In this document: positions 49,712 through 59,055 of the stretch, piece by piece | Numbering within the stretch: the stretch's first letter is position 1 | Layout of the letters: every line of letters starts with the position of its first letter | Source of the DNA: Nannocystis bainbridge | GTDB lineage: Bacteria > Myxococcota_A > Polyangia > Nannocystales > Nannocystaceae | Length of the DNA stretch: 64,000 nt | Direction: 5' to 3' | Assembly (NCBI RefSeq): GCF_028368995.1 | Contig: NZ_JAQNDL010000003.1 | Span: forward strand, 1,600,001-1,664,000 | Position numbers and translations under genes: made by a program | The notes under the pieces: model-generated | What the model was told of the DNA's origin: nothing | Database searches by the model: none | Seen by the model: only the letters and a program-made list of their open reading frames with translations

Positions 49712-50347
49712 TCAGTACGCGATCTCGACCAACGCGCGCACGGTCGCCGGGTCGTCGAGGTGCGCGAGCACGTAGTCCGCCACATCCGCGCGGGAGATCG
49801 TCGCGGCCCGCGCCAGCGGCGTATCGATCGCCACCCGGTAGCGACCCCGGCGGCGCCCGTTCGTCAGCCGCGGCGGCCGCACGATCGTCCACTCGCGCGA
49901 GCTCTCGCGCAGCCGCACCTCCATCGCCCGCAAGTCGTCGAACGGGTGGCGCAGCAGCGGCTGCAGCACGTGCCGCATGAACATGCGCAGCGGCCACGGC
50001 TGCAACTCTCCATCCCCGAGCCCTGCCGCCGACACGCAGACGATCCGCCGCACCTCGCAGCGCTCCATCGCGGTCAGCATGTGGCCCACCCCGTCGCGGC
50101 AGATCGTCGTCGGCGCGCGCGACGTCCCGGACCCGAGCGCCGACAGCACCGCGTCGTGCCCGGCGATCGCCGCCTCGACGCTGCTCGCGTCGAACACATC
50201 ACCGCGCCGCACCGTGAGCCGCGCGTGCTTCGCCGTCACCGCCTCCGGCCGGCGCGCCACCGCCGTCACCGTGTGCCCGGCCGCCAGCGCCTGCGCCACC
50301 AATTGCTCGCCGGTCCCACCCGTCGCGCCGAAGACGACGAGCCGCAT
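49712..50347 (-). CDS. NAD(P)H-binding oxidoreductase (flavin reductase/BVR-B-like SDR)
   Basis: MRLVVFGATGGTG, GH.VTA.ARRP, WTIVRPP.L, ISRADVA. Confidence 0.92.
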   Translation of the reverse strand: MRLVVFGATGGTGEQLVAQALAAGHTVTAVARRPEAVTAKHARLTVRRGDVFDASSVEAAIAGHDAVLSALGSGTSRAPTTICRDGVGHMLTAMERCEVRRIVCVSAAGLGDGELQPWPLRMFMRHVLQPLLRHPFDDLRAMEVRLRESSREWTIVRPPRLTNGRRRGRYRVAIDTPLARAATISRADVADYVLAHLDDPATVRALVEIAY

Positions 50348-50835
50348 CACGACCCCCTCGCCTGCGGCGGCCCGCTCTGCACCCACGATTCGGCGATCTT
50401 GCCGTCGACCATGCGAAACATCGACATCGCCGGCATCACCACCGCGTCGCCGCTCGGCGGCGTCCCGCGGAACGCCCCCACGTGGCGCCCGAACAGCTTC
50501 CACCGCACCGCCACGCGGTCGCCCTCGGCCATCGCGTCTTCGACGACGAACCGCGGCGCCTCGAACGTCTTGCGCAGGAACGCCGCCCCCGACGCCATCC
50601 CTTCCGGCCCGGCGATCCCGGTATTGATATTGACGAACTCGTCCGCGACGAGCTCGCGCAGCACATGGTCCCGCCCGCCGTTGAACACCTCGTCGAACAA
50701 ACGAAGCACCGCCGCCTTGTTGGCAGCCGCCACTCGAGCCTCGGACATCACACCCCCCTCGCCGCAGGCCGACAGACACAGCACGACCGCGAGGGCCTGC
50801 AGCCGGGCGGTCTTGATGGAGCTGAGCATGCGCAA
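50347..50835 (-). CDS. SnoaL-like ester cyclase (NTF2 fold), possibly a lipoprotein
   Basis: NKA.V.R.F.EVFN, AEGDRVA.RW...G.H.G.F.G.PPSG, DGKIAE.W. Optional N-terminal LAVVLCLSAC; alternative start at 50748. Confidence 0.85.
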   Translation of the reverse strand: MRMLSSIKTARLQALAVVLCLSACGEGGVMSEARVAAANKAAVLRLFDEVFNGGRDHVLRELVADEFVNINTGIAGPEGMASGAAFLRKTFEAPRFVVEDAMAEGDRVAVRWKLFGRHVGAFRGTPPSGDAVVMPAMSMFRMVDGKIAESWVQSGPPQARGS

Positions 50836-50837
50836 CG

Positions 50838-50902
50838 ATATTCAATATTGTTTCATTAAGTCAAATACAAAATCATATTGATAAATCAATAACTTGAGAT
50901 TC
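50838..50902. promoter_or_regulatory. AT-rich promoter/operator of the SnoaL-SDR-TetR operon
   Basis: Strongly AT-rich patch with palindrome CAATATTG and inverted pair TCAATAT...ATATTGA, immediately upstream of the operon. Confidence 0.55.
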
Positions 50903-51109
50903 ACACCCGGGCTCCAGTCCAAAACCTGACCGCGCGACCAACTCTGACCTCCAAGCGTATCTTTGGACATGTCCCAGGGGACAGAAATACTCATCTCGCC
51001 CCTCGCTCGTTTCCGCCCTTTAATCGCCCTGGACGCTCTGAGACCCACTCTGCGCCCTCTATACTTTCGCCCTTCCAAAACTCACCCATCCGGGTGAACA
51101 TCATCGCGC

Positions 51110-51442
51110 ATGAGCCTCGACCACACCTTGTCGGCCCTCGCCGACCCGACGCGCCGGGCCATCTTTCAGCGCCTGAGCGGCGGCGAGGCGCGCGTCACCG
51201 ACATCGCCGGGCGGTTCCCGATCTCGCTGAACTCGGTCTCGAAGCACATCCGCGTGCTCGAGCGCGCCGGCCTCGTGCGTCGGCGCGTCGCCGGGCGCGA
51301 GCACCTCCTCACCGCCGACCGGCGGCCGCTCGACGAGCTGGCGGTGTGGGTCGAGCAGACGCGCGCCTTCTGGTCCGATCGACTCGACGCGCTCGCCGCC
51401 CTGCTCGCGCAAGAAGACCACGATTGCAAGGAGCAACCATGA
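51110..51442 (+). CDS. ArsR/SmtB family transcriptional regulator
   Basis: ALADPTRR.I..RL, VSKH..VLE.AGLV.R...GR, FW..RLD.L. Confidence 0.93.
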   Translation: MSLDHTLSALADPTRRAIFQRLSGGEARVTDIAGRFPISLNSVSKHIRVLERAGLVRRRVAGREHLLTADRRPLDELAVWVEQTRAFWSDRLDALAALLAQEDHDCKEQP

Positions 51443-52470
51443 ACGACCACGGACAGATCCTCGACCCTGGCACCGTACGCCTCGAGCGGGTGCTCCCCGG
51501 ACCGATCGAGCGGGTCTGGCGATACCTCACCGACTCCGACAAGCGCGCCCGCTGGCTCGCCGCTGGCCAGTTCGAGCTGCGCCCTGGCGGCCGCGCCGAG
51601 TTCCGCTTCGACCACGCCTCGCTCTCGTCCGAAAAGACCTACCCCGAGCGTCACAAGGGCGCCGAGGGTGCGCAGGGCTTCGAGAAAGTGCTCGAGTGCG
51701 ACCCGCCGCGACTGCTGCGAATGACCTGGGGCGGCCCTGACGAGCCCGCCGAGGTCTGCTTCGAGCTCACCCCCGAGGGCGATCGGGTCCGCCTCGTCTT
51801 GACCACCCGCCGCCTGCCCACGCGCGACGAAGTGGTCGGCACCGCCTCCGGCTGGCACGCCCACCTCGCGATCCTCGCCGACACCCTCGCCGAGCGGCCT
51901 CCGCGCGGCTTCTGGTCGACCCTCGCCGACGCCGAGCGCGACTACCAGCAGCGCATGCAGGTCATGGACGACCATTTCCGGTGGGCCGCGGGCAACGAGC
52001 GCGAGATCCACGATCACGGCGGCACCTGGTCCTCGCTGCTGCGCCGCCGCCTCGACGCGCCGATCGATCGCGTGTGGGCCGCGTGGACCGACCCCGACGC
52101 GCTCCGCAATTGGTTCGGCCGGCCCTCGGGCAGCTTCGAGGTCGGCGGCACCGTCGTGCTCGAGCTCTCGCAGCCGCACCCGACCACGGTGAAGATCCTC
52201 GCTTGCGAGCCGCCGACCCGCCTGCGCACCACCTGGCGCTACGGTGATTTCGCCGACAGCGAGGTCGAGCTCCGCCTCACTCGCGACGGCGCCGGCACCT
52301 CGCTCGAGCTCCAGCACTTCGCCTGCCCCGACGCCGACGACGCTCGCGGCGGCGGCGGCGGCTGGGAGGCCGCGCTGCTCCAGCTCGAGAGTTTCCTCGG
52401 CGGACTGCCGCCACCCGCCGAATTCGTGTTCCCGGCGATGGACCACGCGTGGTCGCGCGTGACCGCGTAA
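51439..52470 (+). CDS. Tandem SRPBCC (Aha1/AHSA1-like) domain protein
   Basis: Two repeats of R....PI.RVW...TD.....W and GW..L; ATGA overlap with arsR. Confidence 0.9.
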   Translation: MNDHGQILDPGTVRLERVLPGPIERVWRYLTDSDKRARWLAAGQFELRPGGRAEFRFDHASLSSEKTYPERHKGAEGAQGFEKVLECDPPRLLRMTWGGPDEPAEVCFELTPEGDRVRLVLTTRRLPTRDEVVGTASGWHAHLAILADTLAERPPRGFWSTLADAERDYQQRMQVMDDHFRWAAGNEREIHDHGGTWSSLLRRRLDAPIDRVWAAWTDPDALRNWFGRPSGSFEVGGTVVLELSQPHPTTVKILACEPPTRLRTTWRYGDFADSEVELRLTRDGAGTSLELQHFACPDADDARGGGGGWEAALLQLESFLGGLPPPAEFVFPAMDHAWSRVTA

Positions 52471-52765
52471 CCTGTCTCTTCGACCATCCTGCTCGCGCCC
52501 CGCGGCGTCGCCTCGCGCGAGCCCGCGGCGCGCGACTCGGGTGAGCGCCGACGCCTCGCCCATGTTTCCACGCCGCCGCCGTTCGCGGCCGCCGCCGGCC
52601 CGTCCCGCGCCCGCAGCGACCGGGCCGCGTCCGCCCTCGTGGCATCGGCCACGCATGCCCGCCACGCCGGCCCGCCGCGCTCGTCCGCGCACACGAACCT
52701 CGCTTCGGATGGACCCATGCGCGCGGGCGATCGCCTCGCGGCGGCGTTCGGCCTACCATCTTCAC

Positions 52766-54451
52766 ATGCGCCGCAGCTTACCTCCTGGCCTATGCCTCCT
52801 CGTCTACGCCTGCGCCGGCCCGCCCGCCGTCACCACCGACAGCGCCACGTCCACCGGCACCTCCGCGCTGCCGGTCACCACCGACACCGCCGCGGGCCCC
52901 GGCACCACCGACACCGCCACCACCACCGCCGCCAGCGCGCCCACGACCTCGACCACGCTCGCCCCGACCGGCGCCGACACCACCAGCAGCAGCGCCAAGT
53001 TCGACCTCGGGGCCATGCCCGACCTCGGTGACACCGGGCCCCTCGACGAGAGCACCTGTGAGCTCGCGGCGATGAACCTCACCAGCGCCGGCTGCCTGTT
53101 CGCCCCGACTGTCGGCGACAGCGGCATCGACCTGCCGTGGGCCGTCGTCGCCGCCAACACCAGCGGCAACGTCGACGCCAACGTCACCCTGTTCGGCGCC
53201 ACCGGCGAGGTCCTCGAGGCCGCCGTCGTCGCGCCCAAACAATTGCACACCTTCATCCTCGCGCCCCTCTCGGACGCGCTGTCGCAGCACGCCATGCCGG
53301 TGCAGACCGGCGTGCTCGAGCAGGTCCTGCGGCTCGAGAGCGACGTCCCGGTGGTGGCCTATCAGTTCAGCCCCTATTCGTCGTCCCAGGTCGCCACCGC
53401 CGACGCCTCGCTGCTGCTGCCGGCGCACGCGTGGGGCCAGGACTACCTGGTCCCGAGCTATCACAACACCGACTTCTCCGCGAGCTGGGTCAGCATCCTC
53501 AGCATGGTCGACGGCAACCAGGTGACCGTGGAGATGCCGGCCGCGATGCAGGGTGGTACGGACGCCGGCGGCGGCGTCCCGGCGCTGGTCGCCGGCGGCA
53601 GCTCCACGCACACCGTCGACGCCCAGCAGGCGCTGCGCATCGTCTCGCCGAGCGGCAGCGTCGCCGACTTCACCGGCATGCGCGTCAGCAGCACCGCCCC
53701 CGTCGCCGTCATGACCGGCTCGCCGGCGATGAGCCTGCCCGGCCCCGGCATGAACTATTACAAGGACTACCTCGAGGAGCAGGTCCCGCCGCGCACCGCG
53801 TGGGGCAAGGACTACGCGGTCGTCAAGTTCCGCCCGCGCAGCGACGAGCCCGACCTCTACCGCTTCATCGCCGACAAGGACGGCACCGTCCTCACCTTCA
53901 CCGGCGATCATCAAGGCCAGGCCATGCTCGACGAGGGCCAGTTCCACGAGCTGCTCACCGCCGCCTCGTTCCGCGTCGAGGGCACCGAGGCGTTCATGGT
54001 CGCCCATTACATGCTGAGTCAGGACCAATCGCACGGGCCCAAGGACGACGTCGCGTACCCCGGCGCTTTCATCTCGAAGAATTGCGACATCCCCTCGCTA
54101 GACACAACCGAGCTCGGCGACCCCGCGATCACCTTCATCCCGCCGACCGCCCAGCACCGCAGCAGCTACACCTTCCTGACCCCCGAGACCTACGGCTGGG
54201 ACATGCTCACGGTGGTCGGCCCCGAGGCCGGCTGGGACACGATCGAGCTCGACGGCGCTGCCCTGCCGGCACCGACCCCGCTCGGCGTCGGCGGTCTGGC
54301 CTACGCCCGCTTCCTGATCCCCGACGGCCCGCACGACATCCGCAGCCAGGCGGTCAAGTTCGGCATCGAGGTCTACGGCTACGATTGCCGGATCAGCTAC
54401 GCCTACCCCGGCGGCCTCAGCCTCGGCGAGATCAACCAACCGCCGGGCTGA
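52766..54451 (+). CDS. IgGFc-binding-domain lipoprotein
   Basis: Lipobox VYAC, Thr stalk, KFDLG, SDVPVVAYQFSP, DASLLLP...WG..Y, LEEQ.PP...WGK.Y, GDPA, SYAYPGG. Confidence 0.85.
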   Translation: MRRSLPPGLCLLVYACAGPPAVTTDSATSTGTSALPVTTDTAAGPGTTDTATTTAASAPTTSTTLAPTGADTTSSSAKFDLGAMPDLGDTGPLDESTCELAAMNLTSAGCLFAPTVGDSGIDLPWAVVAANTSGNVDANVTLFGATGEVLEAAVVAPKQLHTFILAPLSDALSQHAMPVQTGVLEQVLRLESDVPVVAYQFSPYSSSQVATADASLLLPAHAWGQDYLVPSYHNTDFSASWVSILSMVDGNQVTVEMPAAMQGGTDAGGGVPALVAGGSSTHTVDAQQALRIVSPSGSVADFTGMRVSSTAPVAVMTGSPAMSLPGPGMNYYKDYLEEQVPPRTAWGKDYAVVKFRPRSDEPDLYRFIADKDGTVLTFTGDHQGQAMLDEGQFHELLTAASFRVEGTEAFMVAHYMLSQDQSHGPKDDVAYPGAFISKNCDIPSLDTTELGDPAITFIPPTAQHRSSYTFLTPETYGWDMLTVVGPEAGWDTIELDGAALPAPTPLGVGGLAYARFLIPDGPHDIRSQAVKFGIEVYGYDCRISYAYPGGLSLGEINQPPG

Positions 54452-54606
54452 GCGATCGCTCGCGGGCTCGCTCGCGCGATCGAGACGCACGCCCGCTCGC
54501 GTCCTGCAGCAGTGACGGCGCGGTCGCGCGGTCGCTCGCTGCGACGCCATCGCCAGCCAGCAGCGCCTCCGCCCCGCGACGCCGGACCGGCGCTACACTG
54601 CGCTGC

Positions 54607-54996
54607 ATGGTCCCGACCGCCCTCAGCCCGCGCTGGCTCGTCGTCCTCGTCGTCACCGCCGCGCTGTGGACCGGCCTGGCGATGCTCGCCGCCAATTTCA
54701 ACACCGGCCAGGGCCCGACCCTCGAGACCCTGCGCGGCGCGGCGCTGTCCCTGTCGCTGATCGCCGCGGTGCCGGTGGTGTTCGGTTTTTTCGGCGCCCG
54801 CCTCGGCTTCATCCTGGCCCAGGTCGGCCTGCTGATCGGCTACCTGCTGCTGCTGAGCGCCTTCGCCGGGCCCCGCACCGGCGGCTTCGAGGACCTGGCG
54901 GCCGTCGCCACCTTCCTGCTGCTCGGCGCGATCGGCCTCGGCGTCGGCACGGTGATCGACATCGTCCGCTGGTTCCTCGCCAGGCGCCGCCGGTGA
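54607..54996 (+). CDS. Small 4-TM membrane protein
   Basis: Four hydrophobic helices, GFEDLAA motif, basic C-terminus. Confidence 0.7.
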   Translation: MVPTALSPRWLVVLVVTAALWTGLAMLAANFNTGQGPTLETLRGAALSLSLIAAVPVVFGFFGARLGFILAQVGLLIGYLLLLSAFAGPRTGGFEDLAAVATFLLLGAIGLGVGTVIDIVRWFLARRRR

Positions 54997-55061
54997 GCCC
55001 GCGGCCCGGCGACGCCGACGCTGCGTGCAATCGCCCGCGCGACCGCGATACATTCGCTCGC

Positions 55062-56327
55062 ATGATCCGCGATGTCCTCGCGCTCCGCTCGCGCCTGCAG
55101 GTCGCCTCGCTCTCGCTCCTCACCGCGGCCGGCTGCGCGCCTCCCAGCGCCCCGCAAGTCGCCCCCGTCGCGGTCACCAAGCAGGTCGCGCCCGTCGCCG
55201 ACACGAAGCAGGTCGCGCCCGTCGCCGCCGACCCACCGAAGCCCGAGCAACCGCCGACGACCCCGGAAACGGCTCCGCCGACCCCGCCCGAGGCCGAGCC
55301 GCGCATCGCTCAGTATCCGCGCGCCACCTGTCCGACGCACACCTGGTCGAACACCGTGGACGAGGCCAACAAGCGCGCCAGCGACGGCGAGCGCCGGCTC
55401 GACTGCCCGATCCAGATCCACGCCCTCCCGCGCGCCCCGGGCCAGACCGGCCCCACCGACGGGTTCCCCGGCAGCGCCTACCTCGACGACGACGCCACGC
55501 GGGCGCTCGGCGCCGGTCACTGCAGCTACACCTGGACGACGCCGTGCCCCGGCGGTCGCCCGCTGTTGACCGACGACGGCCCGCGCGTCGCCGACATCGT
55601 CCCGGATGCTGCCTGGCTCGCCGAGCTCGCGCCGGCCGATCCGCTGCCCGCGCCCCTGCGCGCCGCGATCGCCGACGCATGGCTGCAGGACGCCCGCAGC
55701 GAGCACGCGTCGATCGCCTCGTTCGCGCGCGCGACCCTCGAGCTGCTGGCGCTCGCGGCCCCGCCGGCGCTGGTCGCCGCGAGTCAAAAGGCGAGCCTCG
55801 AGGAGATCGATCACGCGCAACGATGCTTCGCGCTGGCGTCCCATTACGCCGGCGCGCCGCTCGGCCCGGGCCCGCTGCATGCTGTCCCGATCCGCGACGC
55901 CGACCTCGTGCGCCTCGCCTGCGACACTTTTGTGGAGGGCTGCGTCGGCGAGACGATCGCCGCGCTGATCGCCACCCGCGCGGCCCGTCGCTGCGCCGAC
56001 ACCACCGTCGCCGCCACGCTGACGAAGATCGCCGACGACGAGGCCGAGCACGCCGCCCTCGCCTGGGCCACCGTCGCCTGGGCCATCACCCGCGGCGGCG
56101 AGGACGTGCGCGCAGCCGTGCGCGCGCTCGCCGGCCGCCTGCACGCCGAGGTCGTCGCGGCCGCCGCTCCGCCGGCCCATCCGTCGGCAGCCGTGCTCGC
56201 CCACCACGGCCGCCTCGACGCCGCGGCCGAGCACGCCTGTCGCGTCGAAGCCTGGCAGCACCTGATCGGCGGCGCCCTCGAAGAACTCTGCGCCTGCCCG
56301 ACCCCCGACGCGCACGCGCCCGCGTGA
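55062..56327 (+). CDS. Lipoprotein with C-terminal ferritin-like diiron domain
   Basis: Lipobox AAGC; 9-aa QVAPVA repeat x3; GRP, EHASIASF, EE.DH, EGCVGET, DEAEH ligands. Confidence 0.85.
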   Translation: MIRDVLALRSRLQVASLSLLTAAGCAPPSAPQVAPVAVTKQVAPVADTKQVAPVAADPPKPEQPPTTPETAPPTPPEAEPRIAQYPRATCPTHTWSNTVDEANKRASDGERRLDCPIQIHALPRAPGQTGPTDGFPGSAYLDDDATRALGAGHCSYTWTTPCPGGRPLLTDDGPRVADIVPDAAWLAELAPADPLPAPLRAAIADAWLQDARSEHASIASFARATLELLALAAPPALVAASQKASLEEIDHAQRCFALASHYAGAPLGPGPLHAVPIRDADLVRLACDTFVEGCVGETIAALIATRAARRCADTTVAATLTKIADDEAEHAALAWATVAWAITRGGEDVRAAVRALAGRLHAEVVAAAAPPAHPSAAVLAHHGRLDAAAEHACRVEAWQHLIGGALEELCACPTPDAHAPA

Positions 56328-56345
56328 TCACTTGACACCAGGAAT

Positions 56346-56500
56346 CGCCGACGCCCTCCACGCTCTCTGCGCTCACGCGCAAGCGTGAGCGCGCCGCAGC
56401 GACTCACAGCATCGAGGCCAGAGAGCGCCGACTCCCTTCACGCTCTCTGCGCCCGCCCGCGCACCGACGCGCAAGCGTGAGCGCGCAGCATCGACTCGCT
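56346..56500. repeat. Duplicated intergenic hairpin element (REP-like/terminator)
   Basis: Two direct copies of CGCCGAC.CCCT.CACGCTCTCTGCGC...ACGCGCAAGCGTGAGCGCGC. The first contains a perfect 10-bp stem GCGCTCACGC-GCAA-GCGTGAGCGC (56369-56392). Lies between convergent genes. Confidence 0.7.
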
Positions 56501-56512
56501 AATTCGTCGGCA

Positions 56513-57034
56513 TCACGCCGCACGAGCCTGCCGCTCGCGCCGAATCACCGCACGTCGCCGTCGCACCAGTTCCAGCCCCAGCAGCGCCACCGCCAGCAGG
56601 CCCGTGCCGTCCCCCGTCCCCGCGAACGCACAGCCGCTGCTCTTCGCCTCGGTCTGTGGCGTCGTCGCCGGCGTCGCCTTCGCCTCGACCGCCGGCGTCG
56701 TCTTCGTCTCGACCGGCGCCGTCTTCGCCTCGACCACCGGCGTCGAACTCGCAACCTCGCAGCGCAGACAGGGACTGCACACCTCGCGCGGATTCACGAT
56801 GTCCATGTCTTGCTGGTCGAGCGGCTTCATCGACTCGTAGTGCTGCAGCGTCGCCGACACGTGGGCCCGCTTGCAGCACTCGCCCTCCTTGCACACTCCC
56901 GACGGGCTGCAGCTGTCGCCCGCCTGCTTGTCCGCGCACGGGTTCGGCGGCTCTGGCGGCGGCGGCACGTCCGCGCGGGCCACCGCGGGCAGCAGGAGTT
57001 CGAGCAGCACAGTCATCGTGAGCGCGCGACGCAT
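56513..57034 (-). CDS. Small Cys-rich exported protein with MYXO-CTERM-like sorting tail
   Basis: Signal peptide ending ARAD, C..K.AGD.C...G.C motif, VEAKT repeats, SSGC then a hydrophobic helix then RRRR. Confidence 0.75.
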   Translation of the reverse strand: MRRALTMTVLLELLLPAVARADVPPPPEPPNPCADKQAGDSCSPSGVCKEGECCKRAHVSATLQHYESMKPLDQQDMDIVNPREVCSPCLRCEVASSTPVVEAKTAPVETKTTPAVEAKATPATTPQTEAKSSGCAFAGTGDGTGLLAVALLGLELVRRRRAVIRRERQARAA

Positions 57035-57201
57035 CCCCCCGATGCAAGCCGTCGAGCGCGGGCCTGTCAATGGCCACAGGATTCCGGCGAGGGCGCCACC
57101 CGATGCGCTGTTGTGGGCAAGCAGAGGCCACGTCGACCTCGCGCGCAGCGCTCGTGTGTGGACGTCGACGCCGCTCGTGCCGGCGCCCTACCCTCGCGGC
57201 G

Positions 57202-58935
57202 ATGACACCTCGCTTGCGCACGATCACGCTCTCTCTGATTTGCGGGACCCCATGGCTCTCCGCGTGCGGCGACGACGGCACCGCCACCACCGAGAGCACG
57301 GCCTCCGGAGCCACCACCGACACCACCACCGGCGACGGCACGACGAGCCCCTCGACCACCACGGGCACGACCGAGCCGCAGCCGACCACCACCACGCCGA
57401 CCACCACCGACGCGACCCCCGACCCCACCGGGGTCACCACCTCGACCTCGAGCGACACCACCACCTCCTCGACCACCGACCCGGTCGACACCGAGTCGAC
57501 CACCGCCGCCGGCTGCGAGCCGCTGGTCGACTGCGGCGGCGCGTGTGTCGACATTCAGACCGACGCCGACCACTGCGGCGGCTGTGATGCCCCGTGTGGC
57601 GCCATGGAGGCCTGCGTCGACGCGGCCTGCGTCATCACATGTCCCCCGGGACAGGAGCTCTGCGACGGCGTCTGCGTCGACACCGGCGCCGATCCCGAGC
57701 ACTGCGGCGGCTGCGGTCAGCCGTGCCTCGACAGCGAGGTGTGCGGCGACGGGGTCTGCGCGCTTGAATGTCCCATGGGACAGGCGGACTGCGACGGCGC
57801 CTGCGTCGACACCGACACCGATCCCTCGCACTGCGGAGGTTGCGGCCAGGCCTGCGACGCCTGCCAGATCTGCAGCGACGCCCAGTGCGAGGCCCCGCCC
57901 GACCTGCCCCCGGCCGGGGCCATCGAGGGCCCGACCGACCTGTGCGCCGGCGCCGAGGCCATGTTCACCGTGCCCGAGGTGCCCGGCGCCGTCAGCTACA
58001 CGTGGAGCGGGCCCGTCGGTGCGACCGTCATCGCTGGCCAGGACACCGCCGCGGCGACCGTGAAGTTCGGCGCGACCGCCGGCCAGGTCTGCGTCAGCTA
58101 CAGCGACGGCTGCGCGACCTCGACGCCGAGCTGCATCGCCATCGCGCTGACCGGTGGCACGCCCGGGCAGCAGGTGTTCGCGGCGACCGGCGCGATCCAG
58201 CCGTTCGTCGTGCCCCAGTGCATCAAGACCCTCAAGATCACCGCCTTCGGCGCCCAGGGTGGCTCGGACGCCGGCGGGCTCGGGGCCAAGATGAGCGGCA
58301 CCTTCAACGTCACGCCCGGCGACCAGCTCGGCGTGGTCGTCGGCGAGCGCGGGGTCGCCAACAACTGCGGCAGCGCGCCGGCGACCGGCGGCGGCGGCGG
58401 CGGCTCGTTCGTGTGGCGGATCGCCGACGCCACCGAGCCATTGCTCGCAGCCGGCGGCGGCGGCGGCGGCAACACCAATTGGGATGACCTCAATTGCCGC
58501 AAGGGCCTCGACGGCGTGGTCGGCACGGCCGGCACCAGCGGCAACGGAGCCCCGAGCGCCGCGGGAGGCACCAACGGCAACGGCGGCGCCGGCAATGCCC
58601 CCTCGGGCACCGGCTCCGGCGGCGCCGGCTGGAAGAGCGCCGGCCAGGACTCGACCTATGGCACCGGCTGCACCGGCGGCAAACCGCCGCTCTTGTTCAC
58701 CGGCGGCGCCGGCAGCAACACCTTCGGCCCCGGCGGCCAGGGCGGCTTCGGCGGCGGCGGCGGGGCCGTGTGCGGCGCAGGCGGCGGCGGCGGCTACTCG
58801 GGCGGCGGCGCCGGCGAGGGCTCGACGTGCCGCGCCGGCGGCGGCGGCGGCGGCTCGTTCAACGCCGGCACCGCTCAGGACAATCAACCCGGCGCCCGCG
58901 CTGGCGCCGGCGAGGTGACGATCTCCTGGCCCTGA
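57202..58935 (+). CDS. Lipoprotein with Cys-rich CVD..TD..HCGGC repeats, Ig/PKD-like domain and glycine-rich C-terminal domain
   Basis: Lipobox LSAC, Thr stalk, three C.G.CVD..(T/A)D..HCGGC...C repeats, V.GA.SYTW, GAQGG, GGGGGGSF, AAGGGGG, GGGGYSGG. Confidence 0.85.
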   Translation: MTPRLRTITLSLICGTPWLSACGDDGTATTESTASGATTDTTTGDGTTSPSTTTGTTEPQPTTTTPTTTDATPDPTGVTTSTSSDTTTSSTTDPVDTESTTAAGCEPLVDCGGACVDIQTDADHCGGCDAPCGAMEACVDAACVITCPPGQELCDGVCVDTGADPEHCGGCGQPCLDSEVCGDGVCALECPMGQADCDGACVDTDTDPSHCGGCGQACDACQICSDAQCEAPPDLPPAGAIEGPTDLCAGAEAMFTVPEVPGAVSYTWSGPVGATVIAGQDTAAATVKFGATAGQVCVSYSDGCATSTPSCIAIALTGGTPGQQVFAATGAIQPFVVPQCIKTLKITAFGAQGGSDAGGLGAKMSGTFNVTPGDQLGVVVGERGVANNCGSAPATGGGGGGSFVWRIADATEPLLAAGGGGGGNTNWDDLNCRKGLDGVVGTAGTSGNGAPSAAGGTNGNGGAGNAPSGTGSGGAGWKSAGQDSTYGTGCTGGKPPLLFTGGAGSNTFGPGGQGGFGGGGGAVCGAGGGGGYSGGGAGEGSTCRAGGGGGGSFNAGTAQDNQPGARAGAGEVTISWP

Positions 58936-58952
58936 CCGCGCCCGCGTGACGC

Positions 58953-58983
58953 GTGTTCGGCGATCCCCGGGGTCGCCGAACAC
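58953..58983. terminator. Stem-loop between convergent genes
   Basis: GTGTTCGGCGA-N9-TCGCCGAACAC, a perfect 11-bp inverted repeat. Confidence 0.6.
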
Positions 58984-58985
58984 AC

Positions 58986-59046
58986 GGATATGTCCCGAAG
59001 GACATCTCGCCGGATCGCCCCCGCCCGACCTGCCCCGAAGGACAGA
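58986..59046. repeat. Two 14-bp palindrome units
   Basis: TGTCCCGAAGGACA (58991) and TGCCCCGAAGGACA (59031). Confidence 0.75.
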
Positions 59047-59055
59047 TCCAGCCTG

